DNA from: Macrostomum lignano
Lineage: Eukaryota
Direction of reading: 5' to 3'
NCBI GenBank assembly: GCA_002269645.1
Contig: NIVC01001104.1
Location: 124,001 to 188,000, forward strand
DNA: 64,000 bases
Below the pieces are notes generated by a model. The model was not told the DNA's origin, ran no database searches, and saw only the letters and a list, made by a program, of their open reading frames with translations. Numbering within the stretch: position 1 is the first letter of the stretch; each line of letters opens with the position of its first letter. This document shows, one piece after another, positions 52,720-64,000 of the stretch. A program made the translations under genes and the position numbers.

Positions 52720-53695
52720 TGTCTCATCTCAGCCTCATGTCTATTATCTCATCTGAGTCTCATGTCTCATCTCAGCCTCATGTCTATTATCTCATCTGAG
52801 TCTCATGTCTCATCTCAGCCTCATGTCTATTATCTCATCCGAGTCTCATGTCTCATCTCAGTCTCATGTCTATTATCTCATCTGAGTCTCATGTCTCATC
52901 TCAGCCTTATGTCTATTATCTCATCTGAGTCTCATGTCTATTATCTCATCTGAGTCTCATGTTTATTATCTCATCTGAGTCTCATGTTTATTATCTCATC
53001 TGAGTCTCATGTCTATTATCTCATCTGAGTCTCATGTCTATTATCTTATCTGAGTCTCATGTCTATTATCTCATCTGAGTCTCATGTTTATTATCTCATC
53101 TGAGTCTCATGTCTATTATCTCATCTGAGTCTCATGTTTATTATCTCATCTGAGTCTCATGTCTATTATCTCATCTGAGTCTCATGTTTATTATCTCATC
53201 TGAGTCTCATGTTTATTATCTCATTTGAGTCTCATGTCTATTATCTCATCTGAGTCTCATGTTTATTATCTCATCTGAGTCTCATGTCTATTATCTCATC
53301 TGAGTCTCATGTTTATTATCTCATCTGAGTCTCATGTCTACAATCTCATCTGAGTCTCATGTCTACAATCTCATCTGAGTCTTATGTCTCATCTCAGCCT
53401 CATGTCTATTATCTCATCTGAGTCTCATGTTTATAATCTCATCTGAGTCTCATGTCTATTATCTTATCTGAGTCTCATGTTTATAATCTCATCTGAGTCT
53501 CATGTCTATTATCTCATGTGAGTCTCATGTTTATTATCTCATCTCAGTCTCATGTCTCATCTCAGTCTCATATCTAATATAAAATCTCAGTCTCATGTCT
53601 CAAGTCTCATGTCTCATCTCAGCCTCAGCCTCATATCTCATCTCAGTCTCATGTTTTATCTTAGTCTCATATCTTATCTCAGTCTTACGTCTCAT
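52720..53695. repeat. ~25 bp minisatellite (TCTCATCTGAGTCTCATGTCTATTA)n
   Basis: Direct inspection. Confidence 0.93.
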
Positions 53696-53938
53696 CTTTT
53701 CCTTAGCTCTTGAGCAGTCCTGAGCAGCACAGCATTTGAAGCCATGGATAAACTACGAGTGCATAAAACTTTGAGAAAAGAACATTTGAGAGCAATTATG
53801 GCAGTCATAATTGCGATAAAAATTAGAATTTATTTTATTATTTTATGGCAAACTGGAGAATTTAGAGGCCTCAGCAAGAGATCCCCAATACTGCTAATTT
53901 TTTCTATTTTATTATCCACCAATAAAAATTCCCAAGAC

Positions 53939-56900
53939 TTTCTCTCTGCGCTGCGACGTTGACTCGAGCTTTATCGAAGGAGAGCAGCTGCAAGAAGAAA
54001 ATGATTTTCTGCTCCAGCATGATACACAACAGGGGATCAAGTTGATGAAAAAGACATGTTACATTATTTTCAGAATCGAAGTTGTCAGCGCTCATTGTAG
54101 CGCCGCAGGCACTCATTTTAGCGCCGCAGGCACTCATTTTAGCGCCGTAGACACTCATTTTAGCGCCGCAGGCACTCATTTTAGCGCCGCAGGCACTCAT
54201 TTTAGCGCCGCAGGCACTCATTTTAGCGCCGCAGGCACTCATTTTAGCGCCGCAGGCACTCATTTTAGCGCCGCAGGCACTCATTTTAGCGCCGCAGGCA
54301 CTCATTTTAGCGCCGCAGGCACTCATTTTAGCGCCGCAGGCACTCATTTTAGCGCCGTAGACACTCATTTTAGCGCCGCAGGCACTCATTTTAGCGCCGC
54401 AGGCACTCATTTTAGCGCCGTAGGCACTCATTTTAGCGCCGCAGGCACTCATTTTAGCGCCGCAGGCACTCATTTTAGCGCCGTAGACACTCATTTTAGC
54501 GCCGTAGGCACTCATTTTAACGCCGTAGGCACTATATATTTTGTCGCCCTGGGAAGCAAAAATATTGATTTCCATAACGGGTCACAAAGATGGGCGGTGG
54601 CGACGTCCTTAGTGAAGGGCAGAGGTGAGACGTGGGTGTAGGGCAGAGGTGAGACGTGGGTGTAGGGCAGAGGTGAGACGTGGGTGTAGGGCAGAGGTGA
54701 GACGTGGGTGTAGGGCAGAGGTGAGACGTGGGTGAAGGGCAGAGGTGAGACGTGGGTGTAGGGCAGAGGTGAGACGTGGGTGTAGGGCAGAGGTGAGACG
54801 TGGGTGTAGGGCAGAGGTGAGACGTGGGTGTAGGGCAGAGGTGAGACGTGGGTGTAGGGCAGAGGTGAGACGTGGGTGAAGGGCAGAGGTGAGACGTGGG
54901 TGTAGGGCAGAGGTGAGACGTGGGTGTAGGGCAGAGGTGAGACGTGGGTGTAGGGTAGAGGTGAGACGTGGGTGTAGGGTAGAGGTGAGACGTTGGTGAA
55001 GATCCACCATCACACCACGAGCTAGATGTATTTCCGCTTTCATGACTTGCAAAGTCCCGAAATCTCAGACAGTTACAGTCGGCACACCTGGATGCAGAGT
55101 TCCGGGCCTCTCTCTGTAAATAAGAGTCCTCGAATAAGAAATTCCAACTCCGCCAGTCTTGAATCAGTTAAAAGAGGAAGTGTTTAATTTCTCGTAGATA
55201 TAGAGTGAACCCTGGATTAGACTAGCACGCACTCTAGCTTAGGTATTCCAGTTGCAAATGAGTGCGATAGCTGAGCATGGAAGCCAGTCATCGTGACACC
55301 TGCATGTTTTGTTGCAAACATAGTTCTAGAAATAAAAAATAGAGAAAATAGAAATAGCAGAAATAGAGAGGAGAGGGAGAGAGTAGAGGAGAGAGAGAAA
55401 AAATGGGAGAGAGAAGATAGGAGAAAAGCGAGTAAAGATGACGAAAGAAAGAATAATGGAGAGAAGAGAAAGAAGTGGAGAGAGGGGAGAGAGGAGAGGG
55501 AAGAGGAGACAAAAGAAAGGAGAGAGAAGAGGAGCGAGGAGGGGAGAGGAGAGGAAAAGAGAGAGGAGAGGAGAGGAGAGGAGAGATGAGATGAGATGAG
55601 AGGAGATGAGAGAGGAGAGGAGGGATGAGATAAGATGAGAGGATAGAAGAGAGGAGAGGAGAGAGAGGAGAAAGGAGAAGAGAAAAGAGAGAGGAGAGGA
55701 GAGGAGAGGAGAGGAGAGGAGAGGAGAGGAGAGGAGAGATGAGATGAGATGAGATGAGAGGATAGAAGAGAGGAGAGGAGAGAGAGGAGAAAGGAGAAGA
55801 GAGAAGAGAGAGGAGAGGAGAGGAGAGATGAGATGACATGAGAGGAGATGAGAGGAGAGGAAAGGAGAGATGAGATGACATGAGATGACATGAGAGGAGA
55901 GGAGAGCAGAGGTGAGGTGCAAAATCAAACAAAAATGCTGGCACATTGAGGCACACATAAAGGAGTGCACAGAACAACGGAGACTGGATCAGTCAGACGC
56001 CAACCGAGCAGACTGACGACTGGCTGCCCTGCTTGAGCTTGCTTGACCAAATTTCCCCTAAGATTCCAAATTCATCCTTCCCCTTTCCGTGGCGCCTCCG
56101 GTCTGGGGGGTGCCAGGGAGCGAGGCTGTTGATCCCCACAGTCGAGCGGAAATTGATGGCTAGTCCAGCATCCCCCTGCCTCATCCTGCCTGTCAATCAT
56201 TATTATCAGTTCTGCCGCAGGAATGTTTCTACTCGATAGTTGTGTGAGCTGGTGAATTTTCACTGCTCACAATTTTGGCGGTGAGCGAGCCGAAAAAAAG
56301 AAAACAAGAAAAAACTGACTGCCTCTGAGTCCCATAGCTGCACGCGATGTTTTCTGCTCTGCCCCCGCCTGCCAGGCAACACAGCAGCCGCTCCACTTCC
56401 TCGTGACGGCTAAAATCAATTGATAAAATTCAATACTGTCTAAATTGGTGCGCCATTAAATTCTAGAAGCCCGTCTGACGGCCTTTTATACCTGCATGTA
56501 GTACCAATAAAGTGCAGTGCAAACTCACTTCATCGCTTCTGGCAGTCACGCCTGCTGATTCAACAGGTGGTTCGAATTGCATACCATTCACTCACTCACT
56601 CACTCACTCACACTCTCACTCACTCACACTCTCACTCAATCACACTCTCACTCACTCACACTCTCACTCAATCACACTCTCACTCACTCACACTCTCACT
56701 CACTCACACTCTCACTCACTCACACTCTCACTCACTCACTCACTCACTCACACTCTCACTCACTCACACTCTCACTCACTCACACTCTCACTCACTCACA
56801 CTCTCACTCACTCACTCACACTCTCACTCACTCACACTCTCACTCACTCACACTCTCACTCACTCACTCACTCACTCACTCACTCACTCACACTCTCACT

Positions 56901-57079
56901 CAATCACACTCTCACTCACTCACACTCTCACTCAATCACACTCTCACTCACTCACACTCTCACTCACTCACACTCTCACTCACTCACTCACTCACTCACT
57001 CACTCACTCACTCACTCACTCACTCACTCACTCACTCACTCACTCACTCACTCATTCATTCAATCAATCAATCAATCAC

Positions 57080-57111
<32 letters not shown>

Positions 57112-57349
57112 TCACTCACTCACTCACTCACTCACTCACTCACTCACTCACTCATTCATTCACTCACTCATTCATTCACTCAATCAATCAATCAATCAAT
57201 CAATCACTCACACACACACACACACTCACACTCACACTCACACTCACACTTACTCCCTCATTCATTCCCTCACTTAATCAATAAATCACTCATTCATGAA
57301 CTTACCGTACGAACTCAATGAAATCAATTACGACCTCAGGCGCCACCAT
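53939..57349 (-). CDS. Candidate unidentified micro-exon gene: 57349..57306, 56409..56320, 56189..56140, 55299..55233, 55157..55088, 53987..53939 (3' end unresolved)
   Basis: Six unique islands between repeat arrays are bounded by AG/GT and join in compatible phases (2,2,1,2,0) into one stop-free frame: MVAPEVVIDFIEFVRRHEEVERLLCCL...GIPKLELAELEFLIRGLLFTERGPELCIQLLSFDKARV. Two splice sites are weak; hand-assembled. Confidence 0.5.
54095..54535. repeat. 21 bp minisatellite (CACTCATTTTAGCGCCGCAGG)n
   Basis: About 21 copies. Confidence 0.95.
54612..54995. repeat. 24 bp minisatellite (GGGCAGAGGTGAGACGTGGGTGTA)n
   Basis: About 16 copies. Confidence 0.95.
55330..55915. repeat. GA-rich low-complexity tract
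   Basis: (GAGAG)n / (GAGAT)n. Confidence 0.92.
56585..57290. repeat. (CACT)n / (CA)n / (TCAA)n compound microsatellite
   Basis: Direct inspection. Confidence 0.95.
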
Positions 57350-57749
57350 TCAAGTAGCAACGTCTCGCATATTTCAATATACTTTTCAAACAAATTTCCT
57401 AATCTTGACGACAAGCCGGCATGCTTCCGGGATTTCTCAAAGTGACAATTTTTGTCTACTAATTAATTAGTGGGGTAACCTGACTCGGGTAGTGAACTGC
57501 GTGATTCGCAAAAATTCCACCCCATAGCAACCGCTGACAAAATCTGCTAATCAATTCGGAGAGGAAGTGCTGTTAGCTGGATTAAATAAATGAATAACAG
57601 ATCAGATTTCTGCAAGTGACGAAAACACTCTCATGAGATTTGTGCCACCGGAGCTAACTGATCCGCAACATCCCTGTCTGTTCCTGGGTTGTTTGGCCTT
57701 CACTATCCTCTCCCTGCTGCCTGTTTTGTATCCACGCCTCTTGCTGCAT

Positions 57750-58700
57750 GCATCTACCCCTGCTATCTGCCTTTATCTACCCTGCTATCTGCCTTTATCT
57801 ACCCCTGCTATCTGCCTTTATCTACCCTGCTATCTGCCTTTATCTACCCCTGCTATCTGCCTTTATCTACCCCTGCTATCTGCCTATATCTGCCCCTGCT
57901 ATCTGCCTTTATCTACCCCTGCTATCTGCCTTTATCTACCCTTGCTATCTGCCTTTATCTACCCCTGCTATCTACCTTTATCTACCCCTGATATCTGCCC
58001 TTATCAACCTCTGCAATCTACCCTTATCAACCCTTGATATCTGCCCTTATCAACCACCCCTGCTATCTGCCCTTATACATGTAAACCCTGCAATCTGTCC
58101 TTACATTTATCTACCCCTGTCATCCGCCCTTATCAACCCTTGATATCTGCCCTTATCTACCCCTGCTATCTACCTTTATCTACCCCTGATATCTGCCCTT
58201 ATCAACCTCTGCAATCTAACCTTATCAACCTCTGCAATCTAACCTTATCAACCTCTGCAATCTAACCTTATCAACCTCTGCAATCTAACCTTATCAACCT
58301 CTGCAATCTAACCTTATCAACCCTTGATATCTGCCCTTATGAACCCTGCAATCTGTCCTTACATTTATCTACCCCTGTCATCCGCCCTTATCAACTTCTG
58401 CTATCTGCCGTTATCTACCCCTGTTATCCGCCCTTATCAACCCCGGTTATCCGCCCTTATCAATCCCTGCTATTTGCTCTTATCTACCCCTGTTATCCGC
58501 CCTTATCAACCCCGGTTATCCGCCCTTATCAACCCCTGCTATTTGCTCTTATCTACCCCTGTTATCCGCCCTTATCAACCCCGGTTATCCGCCCTTATCA
58601 ACCCCTGCTATTTGCTCTTATCTACCCCTGTTATCCGCCCTTATCAACCCCGGTTATCCGCCCTTATCAACCCCTGCTATTTGCTCTTATCTACCCCTGT
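57750..58700. repeat. Pyrimidine-rich ~21-24 bp repeat family (CCCCTGCTATCTGCCTTTATCTA and higher-order variants)
   Basis: Direct inspection. Confidence 0.9.
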
Positions 58701-59273
58701 TATCTGCCACTCTTATCTTTGCAACTACCTGCCGAAATTTTATTCTAGCCTGTGTAAAAAGAAAACTTTTTATAATACTTTAAGCATCAGGTCCCTCTAT
58801 TGCACATAAAATCAAACATATTGTACTTACAATTAATATTGTAAGTAGCAACTAGCGCATATCTATGCATGTGTATCTCTTTGGTAAAATTTTAAATAAA
58901 ATAATAAAATAGCGTACAAAACCAGCCTCTCAAACAGATTTTCAACAAAACCAGAAAGTGTACTGGGACTAAACGGGCACGCCAGCAAGATTAAGTGCGA
59001 AATGACACAATATAATAAGCTTGTATTTTCCAGGCGGATAAGCTAAACAGAGATATTTACCGAATATATTATAATCCTTATCCAGTTAACATCCGAAATA
59101 AATTAATCAACTCAGAATGATTCTAGCTAAACAAAGGCACCGTTTTAGCATTTACTGAAAAAATTGGGAGACTAAATTGATCTTAGTCTAGACTAGAAAG
59201 TGTTGAGATTCCAGAGAGAAGTTTATAAAATAGATATGTGCAGATAAAACAGTCAGTGCATTCTTTGCTACTA

Positions 59274-60239
59274 ACAGTAGGACTGCCGAAACATGATGTA
59301 GGTCAGTTTCTGAATAAATATTCTAAGACTGGAATTTTAAGAAATAATCGTGATAATTAGAATCGTGGGAGAGGTAGATAAGAATTCTGGAAGATGATGC
59401 CAGGAATATGGGATCTTAGATTGGAATATTGGAACAGTGATCAGGATTATGCAAATAGGGATCAGCATTCTGGGAAAAGGGATCAGGATTTTGGGAATAG
59501 GGATCATCAATATGGGAATAGGGATCAAGATTATGGGAATAGGGATCATCATTATGGGAATAGGGATCAGGATTATGGGAATAGGGATCATCATTATGGG
59601 AATAGGGATCAGCAATATAGGTATAGGGATCAGCATTGTGAATAGGAATCAGCATTCTGGGAATAGGGATCAGCATTATGGGAATAGGGATCAGCATTAT
59701 GGGAATAGGGATCAGCATTCTGGGAATAGGGATCAGCATTATGGGAATAGGGATCAGCATTATGGGAATGGGGGTCAGGATTATGGGAATTGGGATCAGA
59801 ATTATGGGAATAGGGATCAGAATTCTGGGAATAGGGATCAGCATTATGGGAATAGGGATCAGCATTCTGGGAATAGGGATCAGCATTCTGGGAATTGGGA
59901 TCAGCATTCTGGGAATAGGGATCAGCATTCTGGGAATTGGGATCAGCATAATGGGAATAGGGATCAGCATTCTGGGAATAGGGATCAGCATTCTGGGAAT
60001 AGGGATCAGCATTCTGGGAATTGGGATCAGCATAATGGGAATAGGGATCAGCATTATGGGAATAGGGATCAGCATTATGGGAATAGGGATCAGCATTATG
60101 GGAATAGGGATCAGCATTATGGGAATAGGGATCAGCATTATGGGAATGGGGATCAGAATTTTGGGAATAGGAGAAAAATCAGGTACTTATATTTTAAAAC
60201 GTAAAATACAAGAGCCCTAAGGCTAGACAGTCCTACTGT
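59274..60239. mobile_element. TA-flanked TIR element whose interior is largely an 18 bp minisatellite (GGGAATAGGGATCAGCATT-type unit, 59400-60170)
   Basis: TA|ACAGTAGGACTG ... CAGTCCTACTGT|TA; the inverted match extends to 16/17 bp when flanks are included. Confidence 0.55.
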
Positions 60240-60779
60240 TAGTGAATTTCTCTCCTCTCTACGGTCGATCACAGATTGATAAGTAGGCTGCAAGTAGTAT
60301 GCATAAAATTTTATAAATCATATATAATAGCATAGCAATAGAGAAACTGTATTTGGAAGACAGACATTTAGAATGACCAGGCGGAATGCGCTGTAAACCA
60401 CGGACCAAATAGAATAATAAAAAGTCGATTTTATCAACTGAGCGACACAAGTCAAAGGCGCAGAAAAAACTGGCCATGGATGACTTGAATAAAAAAAATA
60501 AGACTTGGATTGGAAGCCACCGTGAAAATACACGACACACCTAACTAGAGAAAATGACTAGTATTTGAGTTAAATAATAAAAAATGCTTAAAACAACACT
60601 GCAGCCCCATTTCCTTAACTAAGCTACTGTATATAGCAGACCGGTGGAACAACACGCAGCTGAAGCAAGAAATTTTACAACAAATAACATGATAAAACAA
60701 GTCGACTTGACTGGGATCCTGGGATTTTATATATTATTGCCTGATATTACTGCAATATTGCGATCGTTATGATTTTTAA

Positions 60780-61170
60780 AAATGGGAACCAGGATTCTTG
60801 GCGTTGGGGTTAGTATTCCAGGAATGGTAATAAGGATTCTAAGAATGGGGATCAGGGTTCTAAGAATGGGGATCAGGGTTCTAAGAATGGGGATCAGGGT
60901 TCTAAGAATGGGGATCAGGATTCCAAGAATGGGGATCAGGGTTCTAAGAATGGGGATCAGGGTTCTAAGAATGGGGATCAGGGTTCTAAGAATGGGGATC
61001 AGGATTCCAAGAATGGGGATCAGGATTCTAAGAATGAGCATCAGGATTCTAAGAATGGAGGTCAGGATTCTAGGAATGGGGATCAGGATTCTAAGAATGG
61101 GGATCAGGATTCTAGGAATGGGGATGAGGATTCTTGGTTTAAGATTCTAAAAATGGGGATCAGGATAAAA
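60780..61170. repeat. 21 bp minisatellite (GGGGATCAGGGTTCTAAGAAT)n
   Basis: Direct inspection. Confidence 0.92.
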
Positions 61171-61316
61171 ATGGGCATGGGAACAAGAGTTGCTCAGGCT
61201 TCTTGGGACTCTCTTTAACTAGCAAGAAATCCAGGATTTTCTGAGCCACCACCCTCAGCAACCAGACAAGACACGCCAGACAAGCAGGGAATTATCCTGC
61301 CGACATCCAGAGCAAT

Positions 61317-63357
61317 TTATCCCAACCTACCCGGCAGCAGAGCGGCCGCATCGAACTTGCCGCTCTGGTGATAGCGGCCCCTGTCTGCATAGTCAGAGTT
61401 CTCCTCCGTCACAGCGGCCGGAGCGCTGGTCACCGGCGGCCGCGCCTGCGACCCTCCGCTGACGGCCGCCGCCGCCGACGACGTCGCATCAGTCGAGGCT
61501 CCCCGACGAAGTTGAGCAAAACAACAGGCGCCAGCTCTCAGCCAGGGCAGCAGGGCGAAGGTGGACACGCCGGGATGGGCGCCGGGACACAGGCGGCCCA
61601 GGCACAGGTACAGGAGGGCCACTAAGGCCAGGCAGGCCAGGGCATAGGCCCACTGAATAGCCAGCATGGCAACCAGGCACAAGCAGGTGGCAGAGAGCGA
61701 CAGCCACCGGTTTGTTAGCCGGCTGGTCCACGCGGCCGACTTGGCGCCGACCTCCAGCTGACCCGACTGGCTGCGGCAAACCGCCGGGTCTTCGTTGGCT
61801 ACAGCGGATGATTTGGCGTCGCTCCGTCGTGTTGGCTCGGCGCTGCCCAGCTCGCGTTCGGGGAAAAGGCGATCCAGATCGTCCGATGACCTGCGGTAAG
61901 GGATTTGAATCCAATTGAGCAATCGATATCGACTCGAATACTCGTATCTGGCGTCAAAATTGAACCCTAAAATCTTTAAATCCCGAAACCATATTCTGAT
62001 TCGCAGTCCCGATCCCCAATTCAGAAATCAAATCCCCAATCCAGAACTCCCCCCATTTCAGAAATCCCGGCCCCCAATTCAGAAATCCCGATCCCAAATC
62101 CAGAAATCCCATCCCCAATTCAGAAATCCCGATACTCAATTAAAAAATCCCTATCCCTAATTAAGAAATCCCGATCCCTAATTAAGAAATCCCGATCCCA
62201 AATCTAGATATCCCTATCCCAAATCCAGAAATCCCGATCCCAAATCCAGAAATCTTAATCCCCAATCCAGAAATCCTAAGTTCACGATCCCTAATCCAGA
62301 AAACCGGATCCCCAATTAAGAAATCCCGACCCCCAATTCAGAATTCCCGATCCCAAATCCAGATATCCCTATCCCAAATCCAGAAATCCCGATCCCAAAT
62401 CCAGAAATCCCGATCCTAAATCCAGAAATCTTAATCCCCAATCCAGAAATCCCTATCCCAAATCCAGAAATCCCAATCCCCTAATCCAGAAAACCGGTTC
62501 CCCAATTAATAAATCTCATCCCCAATTCAGAAATCCCGATCCCCAATTAAGAAATCCCGATCCCAAATCCAGATATCTCTATCCCAAATCCAGAAATCCC
62601 TATCCCAAATCCAGAAATCTTAATCCCCAATCCAGAAATCCCGATCCCAAATCCATAAATCCCAATCCCCTAATCCAGAAAACCGGATCCCCAATTAAGA
62701 AATCCCGATCCCCAATCTAGAAATCCCGATCCCCAATCCAGAAATCCCTATCCCAAATCCAGATATCTCTATCCCAAATCCAGAAATCCCTATCCCAAAT
62801 CCAGAAATCTTAATCCCCAATCCAGAAATCCCGATCCCAAATCCATAAATCCCAATCCCCTAATCCAGAAAACCGGATCCCCAATTAAGAAATCCCGATC
62901 CCCAATCTAGAAATCCCGATCCCCAATCCAGAAATCCCTATCCCAAATCCATAAATCCCGATCCCAAATCCATAAATCCCGATCCCAAATCCAGAAATCC
63001 CATCCCCAATCGAGAAATCCCTATCCCCAATCCAGAATAGCATGAAATATCTGATCTGAGTTCACGAAGCATGGGACTGCATTATTGGAAATGTAAAACA
63101 CACAGCTAGATGTCGCACCTCAGCCTCGGGCTCTGCGGCTCGGAGTCCCTTCGGCCCCTGCGGCGGCCCAGATCGAATCGCCTGACGCGGTCGGCCTCGA
63201 GGTCGCGAGTCATAGCCAGCGCGAAATAGGCATAAGAGACGGTCGCGTAGGTAATCAAAAACGGCATAGTTACTATGGGGCCGAGAAAGTTGACATTGCC
63301 AACGGCCGTGAACAGTAGCGAGACGGATGTGACAGTGAGCAGAGCGTATAGGGGCAC
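61317..63357 (-). CDS. SLC12A8: Cation-chloride cotransporter family member SLC12A8-like, last two exons (63357..63119, 61890..61317); upstream exons lie beyond the window
   Basis: VGNVNFLGPIVTMPFLITYATVSYAYFAL, DDLDRL, NRWLSL...MLAIQWAY...LGRLCPG, TEENSDYADRGRYHQS match my recollection of SLC12A8 (GQVNVLAPIVTINFMLTY, NPWVSL...IQWVY, TQENADFATRDRYHHS). Phase-2 junction AG|GTGCGA...ccgcag|G. Confidence 0.9.
61950..63050. repeat. ~20 bp minisatellite (AAATCCCGATCCCAAATCCAG)n in the last SLC12A8 intron
   Basis: Direct inspection. Confidence 0.93.
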
Positions 63358-63579
63358 CTGGGGAGGTTTGAAACGCGAGTTGATAGGATTCATGGGCTTT
63401 TGAAACCTACAATTCCCCTTAATTCCTTTCATCCCCACGAGCTAATCGCAGCTAATGAGTCAAGAACTATCCTAAGTCCTTTAATCCCAGATTACTTAAT
63501 CCAACTCCAATGCTAACTTTCTTAATCCTCAATCATATCTGCCAAAATCACTAATCTGAACACGAGAGCATAATATATA

Positions 63580-64000
63580 ATCCCGAATCCCAATATCCCC
63601 TATGTTTACTCCCATAATCTCAAATCCAAATTCTCTTCTCTAATCCCAACCCCCGTAATCCCTAATCCAAATTATCTTCTGTGAGTCCCAACTCCCGTAA
63701 TCACTAATCCAGATTCTCTTCTCTAATCCCAACTCCCATAATCCTGAATCCAAAGTCCTATAATCCCTAATCGTAACTTTCATCCATAATCCCAATACCC
63801 ATAGCCTCAAAATCCCAACTACCGTTATCCCTAATCCCAATAATCATAATCCCAACTCCCATAATCCCTAATCCCAATACCCATAATCCCAACTCCCATA
63901 ATCCCAACTCCCATAATCCCTAATCCCAATACCCATAATCGCAACTCCCATAATCCCAACTCCCATAATCCCTAATCCCAATACCCATAATCGCAACTCC
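63580..64000. repeat. AATCCC-rich repeat in the preceding SLC12A8 intron (runs off the window)
   Basis: Direct inspection. Confidence 0.9.

Noticed and set aside
60318-60533. Hydrophobic ORF with HPWP, reminiscent of COX3 (NUMT?)
   Set aside because: Only a 4-residue resemblance; no further mitochondrial similarity in the flanks.

Overview
Eukaryotic (animal) genomic DNA, most likely a Macrostomum-type free-living flatworm, inferred from a flatworm-type spliced-leader (SL) RNA gene whose leader ends in AUG. Short GC-rich exons are separated by introns filled with locus-specific minisatellites, so most ORFs in the supplied track are repeat artefacts. Supported protein genes: a divergent GSK3-like kinase (+, 3 exons), CFAP157 (-, partial), POLR2K/RPB12 (-), a tandem alpha-crystallin small HSP with perfect heat-shock elements (-), a SoxB-like HMG gene (+), a small single-pass membrane protein (-), a double-CAP/SCP (GAPR-1-like) protein (+), a class A GPCR (+), the last two exons of SLC12A8 (-), and an unidentified micro-exon gene (-). 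RNA genes: one SL RNA and one 5S rRNA, lying with the sHSP in a ~2.3 kb same-strand cluster. Mobile DNA: an APE-RT LINE interrupted by a 1.66 kb foldback element with 654 bp TIRs and a 9 bp TSD, an RTE fragment, a piggyBac relic and several MITEs. Most notable is the SL RNA gene: its predicted 45 nt leader contains a complete 10-codon uORF in frame with the terminal AUG. All calls are by eye; no searches were run.
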